Part shown: in pieces, positions 38,395 to 51,300 of the stretch
Layout of the letters: each line of letters opens with the position of its first letter
How positions within the stretch are numbered: the first letter of the stretch is position 1
Assembly (NCBI RefSeq): GCF_964355755.1
Contig: NC_092674.1
Location: forward strand, 29,636,001 to 29,700,000
Origin: Antedon mediterranea
Taxonomy: Eukaryota; Animalia; Echinodermata
Length of the DNA: 64,000 bases
Direction of reading: 5' to 3'
Made by a program: the position numbers and the translations under genes
The notes under the pieces: model-generated
What the model was told of the DNA's origin: nothing
The model's database searches: none
What the model saw: only the letters and a program-made list of their open reading frames with translations

Positions 38395-39047
38395 ATGAAG
38401 GGATAAATTTTGTGTCATGTTAGAGCATTAAAGTACTTTCATGCACAATTTCATATTCCCTACATTTATAATGTAGTATTTGTTATGTAAGCTGTAGAAG
38501 TTAACATACTACATTAGTATGGATTTTGACCACAGCCCTGGTTTTTGACTTGTGACTTGACTTGAACTTGGTTCAAAATGCCTACAATAATAAAGGGATC
38601 AATGTTGTGCCATGTTAGAGCAATTGTGCTTCCATGCATTATGTGCCTCATCCCTACATTCAAAATGTAGTATTTGTTATGTAAGCTGTAGAAGTTAACA
38701 TACTACATTAGTATGGATTTTGACCACAGCCCTGGTTTTTGACTTGTGACTTGACTTGAACTTGGTTTAAAATGCCTACAATAATAAAGGGATCAATGTT
38801 GTGCCATGTTAGAGCAATTGTGCTTCCATGCATTATGTGCCTCATCCCTACATTCAAAATGTAGTATTTGTTATGTAAGCTGTAGAAGTTAACATACTAC
38901 ATTAGTATGGATTTTGACCACAGCCCTGGTTTTTGACTTGTGACTTGACTTGAACTTGGTTCAAAATGCCTACAATAATAAAGGGATCAATGTTGTGCCA
39001 TGTTAGTCTAGAATTGTACTCTCATGCATACATTATATTCCCTACAT
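38395..39047. repeat. 194-bp tandem repeat (~3.3 copies) in the transposon's 3' region
   Basis: atgtagtatttgttatgtaagctgtag starts at 38471, 38665 and 38859; the copies are nearly identical. Confidence 0.92.
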
Positions 39048-40690
39048 GTGGGAAGAATGACAGAGAACCTTCACGTGGTCCTTCCTGTTATGCCTTAGGG
39101 TAACCGATCTCTGCAACTATACCAATATTACTTACCGTATGTTCATTCATGTTGAATTATATAACGGATAAAATATATAAATCTGATAGCATTAGTATCC
39201 TTTTATTTTTGTAATTTGTAAATTCTGTATATGCATCTTATCTGTACATATTTTACAGTACTGTGTATTTTACTTTGTGTTTTAACATTTAAATGATTTT
39301 ATTCTATTTTTATATTAAGTTGCCATGAGAAAAACCAATTTCAAATCTTTCGTTGATGAAGTTATCTTGTATCTTGTAAATCTAAACATTAAAATTTAGT
39401 TGAAATGTGTTGTGGTCTTAATTAAATGGTTTAATTTTCAAAAGTATTGATAGAAATAAAGAAATAATTCAAATGCTTTTAGAATTATATATATAACGTG
39501 TATTTGATGGCAGACACTCGTTTATAATTGTAAATTAAATAAACTACAGTAATTTAACTTATGACGCGACTTGACTTAGCCTGACGCGTTTTACCTTGAC
39601 AGTGACGCGATTAGATTTTAATTGACGCGATCTAACGAGTCGGGACGTAACAACGTACAATTACCACGGTACTCGTCCACGCTTTTTGCCTGTTACTTCA
39701 GCGGGATGTTTTTAATCTTTCGGGCTAGCGATGGTCTTTTATCAAGATAATTGTGCTTATGTGATACGGTATTTTGGTGAAAAAGTTCAAATTATTACTT
39801 AAAACATGTTAATAGATTGATCTATGACAATTTTTTGTATACTAAAGAGGTTGGAGCGAAAAGTGTTTTCTAGTGGCTTTTTTTTCTTCACCCGATGGCC
39901 TACCACCCAGAATGATCATTCTCAGACTATATATAGCTAGTTAGAGGTGCTGCAGCTGGTCGTTAAATTTATCTTTTTTTTTACTCCTCGCCTCCTAAAC
40001 AATGTTGTTAATAATTATTCAGATGTCATATGTACTGTTGTGACGTGCTTTACTATCATCTGAAAAAAAAGCATTCACGAACATTTAAAGATAATTAAGT
40101 CTATATCGTGTCCATAAAAAAATATTTGTTTACAATTGTTGTTGAATATGCCATTTTAAAAAGGTCACAAAATCAAGTTTCACTTTGACCAACAATTGGA
40201 TCAAAAGAATATTTACCTGAAAAACTGTAATTTAAAGAAAAATGATAGTTAGATTTTGGTTAAAACCGGTTTTCAATTTTGTCTGAAATCTTTGTTCTTG
40301 TTTGACGTGTAAAACTTTATAACAAAAAACTGCAACGACGCAAAGTCTGATTTGATTAGTATTTCTCGGGCATATGTTTTTGCGGGACATTTGCTGCTGT
40401 TATAATTTTAGCCAATCATAGGCCGTGTGACGTAATTGAATATCGTATGGTTATTCCATTTTTAAACAGAGGTAATTCCATTTCAGAAAACAATTTTAAA
40501 CCAACAGTTACCGTATAAGCTTGGCAAAGGACCACATGAAATTAATTTGATAACATTTCAATTATGCCTCTAATAAATTTTAAAAATCAATTTTGCTATA
40601 TTACTGTTTAATAATCAATGTCAAATTAGGCGTATTACCCAAATTCACAATTCGTTCGCCACATTACAAATGTCTTTTTAAAATCCATTA

Positions 40691-40701
40691 GGGAAATTCC
40701 C
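40691..40701. promoter_or_regulatory. Candidate NF-kappaB site upstream of the TNFR-like gene
   Basis: GGGAAATTCCC matches the kappaB consensus. It lies ~330 bp upstream of the donor of a probable 5'-UTR exon (ctgg|gtaagt, 41021). Confidence 0.45.
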
Positions 40702-41441
40702 AATGTTTATAATAGACATTTCTTTCTCAAATTGTTAGTACAGTCGTCGTCGAAGGATCTGTCAAAGTAAACGTCGTAATTGATTTAATTTACCGTAATG
40801 AACCATTAATTAGTTTAAAATATTAATTGTTCTCTCTCATTAGTTGTATCTGCTGTCTAATGTAGGCATACTAATAGTAATAGTGTGATAACGAAGCAAA
40901 CCAAACAGTGCAGGTTCGTCACTACCCATTGAGCTTTCACAAACCAGCCAATATAGTCCGCTGCTGCATACAGGAGGGGCACCCATACAGACCTGTGTTA
41001 AGGAGAATTGTAATTTTCTGGGTAAGTTTAGGTAGGTAGGTAGGTAGAAACATAGCACTTTTCACAATTAGGAGAATTATGAATTAGTAATATCATAATA
41101 ATAGTAGGCCTAGTAGTATGAATTATTATAGCATATTATTATAATACCATGGGACATGTTTGGAGGTATTTCATTTTTTCCATTTTGTTTTAACCATAGA
41201 GATATTCTCTATGTTTTAACACACCTTTTAATCAATCCCCTGTTTGTATTGTTTGAGGATCCCTAATGATCAGCTGATGCTGGATGAACCACCCTCATAA
41301 AATATTGTTGAAATTAATTTTAAAAAAAATAAACCTCAAAGTGATAGTCATAGCAGGGAGCTCAACTCCCTGAGTCATAAATAGGCCTATAAAACATTAT
41401 TTTTTAAATATTTTTTTAGAGTGAGAAAATCTAGATACAAG

Positions 41442-44400
41442 ATGGAAAATAGGCTTGCTATGCAGCTGTATGCTACTGTTGTAGCAATATCCATGGTAAG
41501 AAGTATAAAACAGCTTATTAAGCGCAGCACCTTTACTCCTCTGGAGATGATGAATCAGAGTAATTGCCATTTGATTCAGATTTAATCCCAACCTGAACGT
41601 ATAAGCCCACTCTAGGTTATAATAAGCAACAACTTTTGTGCATCAGTCCATGACATACTTGTTGTCTATGACAACAAAAACCAGTATGTCGTGCATTTTG
41701 TGTTCACAACTACCTTGCAACTTGTATTTAAATTCCTTTGTGTGTGTTTTGATACCTGAGTATAAGCCCACCCATGTTATATAAGCCCATCCTAGGTTGT
41801 GTACCAGTTCAAAAAGTTTCCATGACATTGTTGTTAAGAGACAACAACCAGGATGTCGTTTGTGAATTGTGTATTCACAGTTTCCCTTGCAATTTGTATT
41901 TCAATTGTTTGTATTTGTATGAAAACCTTTTAACGGTGATTCCAAAATGAAAGTAAGCCATTTTCCTTGTCAAACGACAAATACTTTCTAAATGCACAAT
42001 ACTGATTGCTTAAATAATTGTTTGACACTAAAATCTTTTACTTTGGTAGTCAAGGATATGAATATTGTAAAAAATAAGGGCAGATCCACTGGTTTTTTTT
42101 TTTTGCTGGGTGCAGAGAATTACTAAGAGCAAAGCTCCAAATCTCGGGGGTGTCTCCCCTCCCACATAATATTTTTGTATACAACAATTCAATCCTGTTG
42201 TCTACCTTTTGGACAACCATCCTTTTTAGTTAGTTGCGTAGTTTTTTCCGGAGAGACATTTTTGGAGGAATAGTAATGGATGAAAATTGTGTTAGTTCTA
42301 GAATCTTTAATTAACATATTTCTGTTTTACAGGTGAATGGTGCACCTGCTATTAAAAAGAGCGAGTGCAATCTTCACTCAGATATGTTTTGGGACAAAGC
42401 AAGTAAATCCTGCAAAGTGTGTATTTTTTGCGGACCTGGATATAAAAGATCCGTAAGCTATCAACAATTTAATTTCTATGAATTGGGTTTTTTTTATTTG
42501 ACATTTGAATAAGGAAATAATGTTTTGTTATGGCTATATGTCTATTGTCAAACCCTTGGTGGATTTTGAAAGAGGTTTTAAACTCTGTCTACACTATCAA
42601 AGTTTATTTGACAAATGTGATGTGCCCTGTGGACACGATGATGTCATACCATATTTGAGCATATCACTACCATATTTGAGCACATCACTACCATATTTGG
42701 GCACATCACTACCATATTTGGGCATATCACTACCATATTTAAGCATATCATTACTATATTTAAGCATATCACTACCATATTTAAGCATATCACTACCATA
42801 TTTTGGCACATCACACTTTTTTGTCAAACTAGTTTGGTAGTGTAGACAGAGCTTTTAGGCTTAAAAATGGTAACAAATAAAGTGCTGAACTACGTACTAT
42901 AATTATTTTACATTGTAAATTTCAAAATTTGGAACACAATGTTGTATTGTTCTTATATTGATCTTCTGGTCAAAAAATAAATATATGAACAAAATGAATT
43001 CATACAAGTTCCTACTATTTCAACAGGTTAATTGTGGATATGGGGATGGTGGATCAGTAATATGTGATCTATGCCGTTCTGGTACCTTCCAAGATAAGTA
43101 TCATAGTCGCATCACAAGATGCACTATCTGCAAACTTTGCTCCAACCACAACCAAGTTGAATTGGAAGCCTGTTCCTCCACTTCTGATACAAAATGTGGA
43201 GAATGCAAATTAGGGTAAATAAATTAAGATGTTGTCATAGAAATTGAAAATGTGTAAATGTGGTTGATAGACTACATAGATATACTTATTAAACCACTTC
43301 AAAAAATCTTCTTTGGCAAAATAGGATATTAAAATTAAATACAGTATATTAAAAGTACATTAAAATACAGTGAAACAACAAAATAAATAAAATTCTCTTG
43401 AATTTCTAATTAGTGTAGTGAGAATTGACTATAATCTACAATAATAATATTTTTGGTTTGTTTCAAATTAAGACATTTAAAGACTTTTTTAAAGGTTTGC
43501 ATATGACCCACAACAATCACGTGATGTAGGGTGCGTATCATGTGAATATCTACCCTTGGACACAGAAGGTTGTCAAACCGCCAAGGCGACAACTACTGCC
43601 AAGGCGACATCCACAGTCAAGGCGACAACCACAGCCAAGGCAACAACCACTGCAAAGATGCCAACCACAGCCAAGGCGACAACCACTGCAGAGATAATAA
43701 CCTCAGCCAAGGCGACAACCACTGCAGAGATGACAACCTCAGCCAAAACCACAACAAATGCATCTAAATCACCTTCTGTCCATTCCTCAATCAAGCCATC
43801 TTTATCAACACCTTTGTTGTTATATTCTACCCAGACCTCTTCAACTGAGGTAATATTTTATTTTTCATAACTCCTAAATAAATGTTATCATTGTCATTAA
43901 ATACCCAAAAAGTACCTATTTATTACAGTACTATTAACAATTGATGCAATCAAAGAAATGTTTTTTGTTAGTTCTTCTAATTTGTGGTGATGTATATTTA
44001 CAGAAAACCATCATAGGCCCTGAGATATCCGAGACAGTCTCTCATTGTAAGTTTTGAAGTTAATTTAAAGTGTCCTTATTTTTTTATTAGCATTTCAAAC
44101 TAGGCCTTATATATATCTTTAACTTAGTCTTAGTTTTGCCTAAATTGTCTACATTTTAAACGTGCAAATAATAGGCCTAGGCAAATCAAAGGGGGCCTAG
44201 CCGTTACATTAGTTTCATGTTCAGCACTTTTACCATTTTTATGCTCTGGCAGGCCTTATTTCAAAATCCTGGATTCACACTTGGCCTAAACATCATCATA
44301 ATATCATCAAATGGTATAATTGCTGTTGTTTCACACTACTGTGTACTGCAGATACCTTTAATTTTTATTTTATATTTTAAGAATAATTAATAACCAAGAT

Positions 44401-46453
44401 CTCTTGTTTAATATTTCAGCATATGAGGGCAGATACTTGACAATAGAGGCGTTTATTATTATAGCTGCAGTGGTGGTGGGTGTAATAGTAGTAAAGTTCC
44501 TTTGGAAGAGAAGAAAACGGATAAAAAAATCACTAATATCAAAAAGTTTTTCAGCTCAAAATGGTAATCGAACATGTTTTTCAGTGATACTGTATAAAAG
44601 ATTATAATACGTTTTGAATAGGATTTTGTGTTTTCACAAAATGACATGTTTAATTTTGTTTTAGGTGTAATTGACCCAAATGACGGAAATGTAGGATTTC
44701 ATACACCATCAACACTCCCTAGGTATGTATTAAATGTGTGTGTTCATTATAGGTGCTCTTTTAACACTAAACTTGTGGTCTCCCAAATCAGACTCCCCTT
44801 GAACTGAAGTTTGGAATAAGTCCCCTGTTTAACTCGAATGTGCTTAATGAAAAAATAATCCTGACAGAAAACTTGACACCATTGTGCTGGTGTATACCAA
44901 TTTTGTTTTTCAAAGTCATGTTTAAGAGCCATATTTAATTTTTTTTACAAAGTAACAGATTGTTTTCGATATCTGAAGAGCCTAACGACAGTGGCAGCGG
45001 AGAAGAGGACAGACTATTGATATCCAATCGACCACAATTTAATCGATCAGTTTCATTGCCAGCAAAATTTGACCAACCAACCGCTCCATTACCAGCTAAA
45101 TTTGTCCAACCATCCGCCGTTGATCTAAATATACACCGCAAACTTGCACGCTACAAAAATCCAAAAACAAAGGTACAGTAGCTGTGCTGATTTTTCATTG
45201 TTGAGATTAATACTGCCCTCTTCTGTTATTCCTGTATAACTCAAACTTATTATGTTAAGTACTATGTCTATGAGCCATATTCAATTCAATTCAAATTTAT
45301 TCACTTCCCTTAGGAGAAACATATAAAAACTGTACAATAAAACACATCAAAATGAAGATTCACACAAATCAAAAGATTAAAATGGTTTTAACAAGTTAAA
45401 TAAAGTGTCAAAATCATTGTGAAAAGGACAGACTTAACGCTATCACAGATACCATGATTGACACAATCCACAGATTTGGTTACAGTTCATATTCTAAAGT
45501 TTCCCCAGATCTAAGGGCGGACCATCTTAGATTAGTGGCACTAAAGTGAAGACATGGCTTGTTTGAGATTATGTGAAATCTTTGGAAGAGATTTCCTGAC
45601 ATTTTCTTTTTAAGATTTCTTTTTTAAGATATGAACTAAAGCTTTTTCATATTTACAACCCAATTCTTGTGTTTCAGAAGCCTAAAGTGACAACATTGAC
45701 TGAGGATGAACTGTTTGAAAAGGCTGTGACCATCTGTAGGAGTAAAGGTAAAATACATGTACTTTAATGTAATAAAGTGCCACAGTCAATAAAGTGTTGT
45801 CAAACTATTATGCTCCTTTCAATGTATATGCTCGAGTATAATCCCATGCTCAAGTATAATTGCCTGCTCAAGTATAGTCCCATGCTCGATTATAATCCCA
45901 TGCTCGATTATAATCCCATTTTTAAGTTTCCCACCCTTATTATTAGGCTAAATTCTTGGATAAATTCCATTGCTAATGCAATCCAAGTATAATCTTACAA
46001 CCCCCTAATTTTTTACGGATTTCAGTAATAAATGTACTTATATTTATTTTGGCATATTACTCAAGGGACACCCCTATTATAATAAGACACTATGTTGGGT
46101 ACAAAGTTTTTCTGTTAATGGGGATCTACTGTATTTTAATCAATGATTTTGTAAATTTAGGTGAATTACTAATCAACTTAAGTCAAGATATACAGATGCA
46201 AATATGCATGGCACTAAATCCAGACAAAAGTTCATCGACCCTACAAAACTGGAGAGAACTGGCACTCCTTCTTGACATAGCTAAACTCAAAGTGGACAAT
46301 TTCCAAGAAAAAATGAAGTCTGTATTTGAATACATGTCTTGTATGAAAGGTGATACGTCAATGGAAACATTTTTAGATTCGGTTAAGAAATTAAATCGGC
46401 CAGATGTTTTGAGGATGATATGTAGTTATATTATTGAGAAGAATGGGATATAG
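41442..46453 (+). CDS. TNF receptor superfamily member with death domain (EDAR/TROY/XEDAR-like); exons 41442-41495, 42333-42452, 43027-43214, 43495-43849, 44004-44047, 44420-44563, 44665-44722, 44959-45172, 45678-45748, 46161-46453 (edges approximate)
   Basis: Signal peptide MENRLAMQLYATVVAISM|VNG. CRDs CKVCIFCGPG..NCGYGDGG..CDLCRSGTF..CTICKLC..CSSTSDTKCGEC. Thr-rich stalk. TM IEAFIIIAAVVVGVIVVKFLW followed by KRRKR. Death-domain-like C-terminus (LNPD..NWRELALLL..FLDSVKKLNRPDV). Confidence 0.85.
42582..42853. mobile_element. MITE family A copy with an expanded internal 21-bp repeat (atatcactaccatatttgggc, ~8 copies)
   Basis: Same termini as the other copies, with the central unit amplified. 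Confidence 0.85.
43575..43760 (+). repeat. Coding 18-bp repeat giving a mucin-like (TTTAKA)n stalk in the TNFR
   Basis: gccaaggcgacaaccact units; translation ATTTAKATSTVKATTTAKATTTAK... Confidence 0.85.
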
Positions 46454-47314
46454 TAGGAAGGTGAACTACTCCAAGCAATGGCTACATTAATTGTTTTAAA
46501 ATGTTGACATTTACAGTATTATGTCATCATAAAGATATAGTGTAGATCATCAAAGTGTTGCTAGGGCACAAGTTTTGCTGGTGGCACAAGTGTTGCTAGT
46601 ACTGTCTCATCCAAGCATAGACAGTTGAAATAATGTGATTTTTCTGTAATTTAATACTAGAAAATAATCACAAGTTAATTTATTTTATAAATAATACATA
46701 TGTTTGTTGTACAAACATTAAAATACAATGTGAAGTGAAATTCATTCTTCATGATACAATAATGTACTGTAATCACATTTTTTAGGGTAAGGTCTATGCA
46801 AATATTTTATTCATTTTTGACTGGAAATTAATACAAGTGATAATGTATTTGCTATGCAAAAATCTAGTTTTGCATGTGAATTTAATAGATTCTTTTTTAA
46901 AAATAGATTTGTATTCATCTCCTTTTAGTATAGTAGCGGTGAAGGAGGAGGATTATAACGATAATAATTGTTTTTATAAATGATTCGGATAAAACCTTGA
47001 TTTAGTTAATACCTTTCTCTGATTGTGTAAATTATTTTATTTTACAAAAAATATTACATGTACAAATTGTATTATAAAATTATAATATATAAAAATGCTT
47101 TCTTTACTTAGTTAATTAAGATATCATATAACTATACCTGATAACTTTTATTTGACCAGATGCGGATTCAGGATTTTTCAAACAGGGAAGCGCTAACAAT
47201 AACATATAATATTACTTTTTTTAAATATAATTTTAGCTGTCAAAAGCGCAAACCCCTCTGGATTCACCACTGGATTGAAGTTTTACAAAAAACAAAAAAT
47301 TACTTATATATTTA

Positions 47315-47680
47315 AACGATTATATTGTACGGTAGTTTTAATTAGAGAAACTGTTCTATTTGTGGCGTCTGTATTTAAAAAAAATGTTTTCATTAGTTGT
47401 ACTTACGATATCTTACTGCAGTAAAAAAAGAAGTATTAAATTATATTATGAAATGGAAGCACATTATTTTTAAAATATTGTACGGTAGTTTTAATTAGAT
47501 TAGATAAACTTGTCTATTTGTGGCTTCTGTATTTAAAAAATATGTTTTCATTAGTGTTGTACTTACGATATCTTATTAATTAATAAATATTAATAAACGA
47601 TTACAGTCCATATGAAATGGAGGCACATAATTTTGTTAATAATTAATTAATTAGATAAACTTTTCTATTTGTGGTATGTT
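47315..47680. repeat. ~150-bp degenerate tandem repeat (2.5 copies) downstream of the TNFR gene
   Basis: atattgtacggtagttttaattaga...ctatttgtggc...gtacttacgatatctta...atgaaatgga.gcaca is repeated. Confidence 0.7.
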
Positions 47681-48395
47681 TTTAATAAATGTATTTTCTC
47701 TTCTAAATGTCTGTTTCAATTCTGTGATGTCCAATGTTTCATGAGGGATGCTGTTTAATATCATAAATCACAATGAATTTATCCAACTATACAATATATC
47801 ACAAAAGCCCCAGTGGTCTGACAGTAGGGTGTCAGCATATCAATCAGAAGAGTTTAAGTTCTAATCTAGTGGAGTCTTTCAACATGTACCTTCTGAGTTT
47901 ATCTTCTGCAAGCAACGAAAGATCTATCTACACTATCAAACTAGTTTGACAAAAAAATGTGATGTGCCCATATATGGACATGATGATGTCATATCACTAC
48001 CATATTTGGGCACGTCACACTTTTTTGTCAAACTAGTTTGATAGTGTAGACAGAGCTTTACATTGGTAGACTTGCCACAAGTCTCACAGCGTCCTGATGT
48101 TTTTCTCCCTGAAAATAGAGATTCCAGGATACTTGACATGCCAGTGTGCCAAAACTGTTTTAAACGAACTGTCTACAGACAGTATAAACATGATTTAGGC
48201 TAGATATAGTTTACAAGTCAAAGGTGATAGTTATGCAAAAGTCAGTTTACATAGAAATAAGATATACACATGCAAGAGATTGCCAAGGGTTGGTTTGTTA
48301 TCACATGTGCTAGTATCAAAGTTCATTTTCCAATATAGTTATTTATAATTCTGTATAGTCTTTCTAGCAAAGTTTAAATGGTGACTTGAAAGACT

Positions 48396-51300
48396 ATGTC
48401 AGAAGTCCCATTGACAGAAAGGCTGGTGTTGCTAGGAAATAGATGGATGGAATATGGCAGCAAAGAACTGCTGCCATTGGTTGATTCTTCACATCTCCTT
48501 GGTGACGGAAATGCCATGAGAAGATTGCTAGAAACAGACGGGTAGGTGGCATACTGACAGAACCTTCAAAATAATGTCACCTTCGTTACTGTCAAGTACC
48601 CATATTATCTCATAGTCTCTAACATTGAGGTTGAGATATACTCATATACAATATAATTTTATAAAATAATTCAAATCAGTAAAATAGGCAGATAAGCTTT
48701 CATCTTGGTTCCTAGGTATCTACTGATAAGAGGTCTTCACGACAGGGATGAGGTCCTGGGGGCTCGATTAAGAGTATTGGAGCACATCCAGAATAGTGGA
48801 GAGGACCAACTAAACAGAACCTATACATTAGAAGAGGGAGTGCTCAATCATGACTGTCGTGCCGGATGTGTGCCATTCATGGAAGTAGGTGATAAGGCCA
48901 TATACACCCGCATATACAGTAGGTGATAAGGCCATATACACCCGCATATACAGTAGGTGATAAGGCCATATACACCCGCGTATACATTACAATAATTTTG
49001 CTGGGTCTTTTTATTCTATTAGTATTACTATTAGGCTATTTTATTTGCAGTATTTAAAAACATATTAATAGGGTAACAGGATATCATATTTGATTATTGT
49101 AGTTGTGTCTGGTCAAATTGTAAAGTAAACTTTTCAGATTCTCTTTTTTTATTAAATAGATTAGGTAGAATATTATTATCTGTAGATATCAAAACTCATG
49201 TTAGTGATATCCTAAATTCACTTGGTTGGAGTACACTAAAGGACAAATGGAATGAACATATTCTAATATTACTTTTCAAGTGCCTAAATGGACATGCACC
49301 ACCCTATTTATCAACTCAATTTATATTTACTGAAGATAGTCACACTAAAGGTACACGAAGTCAAAGTAACAACACTTTGATAACACCTAAATGAAATAAT
49401 ACTCAAGGTAAAAGAACTTTTAATTACAGATCTACAAAATTATGGAACTTTCTACCTAACAAAATAAAAAATGATCTTTATGATATGACAGTATCAACTT
49501 TCAAATCACAAATTTCAAAACTTTAGTTTTAATTCAAAACTAAATCTAATTAATGCTCAATAATTAAAACTTCTTTTATCTTGTTTAAAAATCTCAATTA
49601 TTTATGTTTTTACCTTTAAATGTGCTTACTTTAATTGTGTTAATTTGATTTTGATAATTTTAGGTTTAATTTTATATTTTCTTTTGTCCATTTATATACT
49701 GTATTTTGTTTACATTTATGTAGTTAAGAACTGAACTACTTTGGAAATCAGTACATTGTATTGAAAGTGTATTTCAGAATAAAGAAAGATTAAATAAATA
49801 AAATATCAGGTATAGATATTGCAAACATGTTTTACATATGGTATGGTTCTGTTTATATTAGGCTATAGGTCTCGGATATTAATTTTCCCATGATCTTTCA
49901 AACTTTACTCTAAATGGCCAAAAGATCTTAACCATTCCATTTTTTAACAGGGTGCAAACAATTTAACTCAATGTGAAGCTGTGAAGAGAGTAATAGAAGG
50001 TAGAAGAGGTACTGTAGAGTAACCCTTTCTAACATTGTCAAAGTAAAACTTAATAATAGACATAGTCATAAAACAATCCTTTTTGTCATGTTTAAAGGCC
50101 TCTTTACTAGACTTTGTTTAAACCTCATAAACAATGCGATCCTTTTCTTTTTGATAGCTGTAGATTTTTTCCGAACATTATTTCAAGAGGAACCTAGAAC
50201 ATTTGATTATAAGTGGTTAAGGTACTATTTACAGATTGATAAACTGTATGTGTCAAATTTGTATATGGTTTATCATTTGGCAATATCAAATATGGTATTT
50301 ATTATTTCATCTATCCATGCCATCCTTTCTTTTTCTGGTAAAAATCAATCATTATAAAATGAGAAAAAAAATCCATCAATCAATAAAAATGATTTTATTT
50401 TTATGTATTTTTACTACACTAGAGCCATGTACTCAGAGGGGTTTACAGGGGCACATGTGGACAATGTATATATGGGAAGGGGAACAAATCAACTATTGAC
50501 GATGTGGACACCATTTGATGATGTTAACATTGAGAAAGGAACATTGGCCATATGCGAATCATCTCATCGACTACCATCGTGAGTAAAGCTCAAGATCAAA
50601 TTTATGTAACAAAAAGTGTGATGTGCCCATATATGGACATGATGATATCACTACCATACTTGGGCACATCAAACTTTTTTTGTCAAACTAGTTTTTTGAT
50701 AGTGAAGACTGGGCTTAAGAGGTCAACCTGATATTTAAGCTTATCCAGAACATCATTCATATTAATATACAATGTACAAAATTAATTTATGTTTATAGTT
50801 TCAGCCATTTTCAAGAGACGTATGGAAGCTTTGACGTGGAAGAAGGGGGACTAGAAGGCTCTGGTTGGTTCACAAATGATCCACTAGAAATCACTCAACA
50901 ATTTGGAGGACAATGGAGGACTAGTGACTTCCAAGCAGGCGATGCTCTAATATTCACTATGAGGTACAGCGTTCTAAAACTCTGTCCACACTATCAAACT
51001 AGTGAGATGTGCCAAATATGGTAGTGATATGCTTAAATATGGTAGTGCTATCATCATCATGTCCATATATGGGCACATCACATTTTGTTGTCACATAAAG
51101 TTTGATAGTGTAGACAGAGCTTAAAAAAATCAATTTAACCAGAGAGATTATAATGTCATCTGAAATACAGTACTTTTAAACGATCACATTGTCATGCACT
51201 TGGCTTATGAACTTAACATACATCTCAATGCTTGACTGCAAATTCTAAATTTGTGATTGTCACAAATTTAAATCTTTATCCTTTATGCAAATAGTGAGTG

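Larger units (their letters stand above)
32161..39902 (+). mobile_element. Full-length Academ-superfamily (AcademX-type) DNA transposon, 7742 bp
   Basis: Perfect 16-bp TIRs TAGGCCATCGGGTGAA (32161-32176) and TTCACCCGATGGCCTA (39887-39902), with imperfect inverted similarity for ~150 bp. 3-bp direct repeat CCA on both sides (32158-32160, 39903-39905). Encloses one large spliced ORF. Confidence 0.88.

Noticed and set aside
42505-42840. ORFs with SLPYLSI / KYGSDML repeats
   Set aside because: Translations of the MITE's internal 21-bp repeat.
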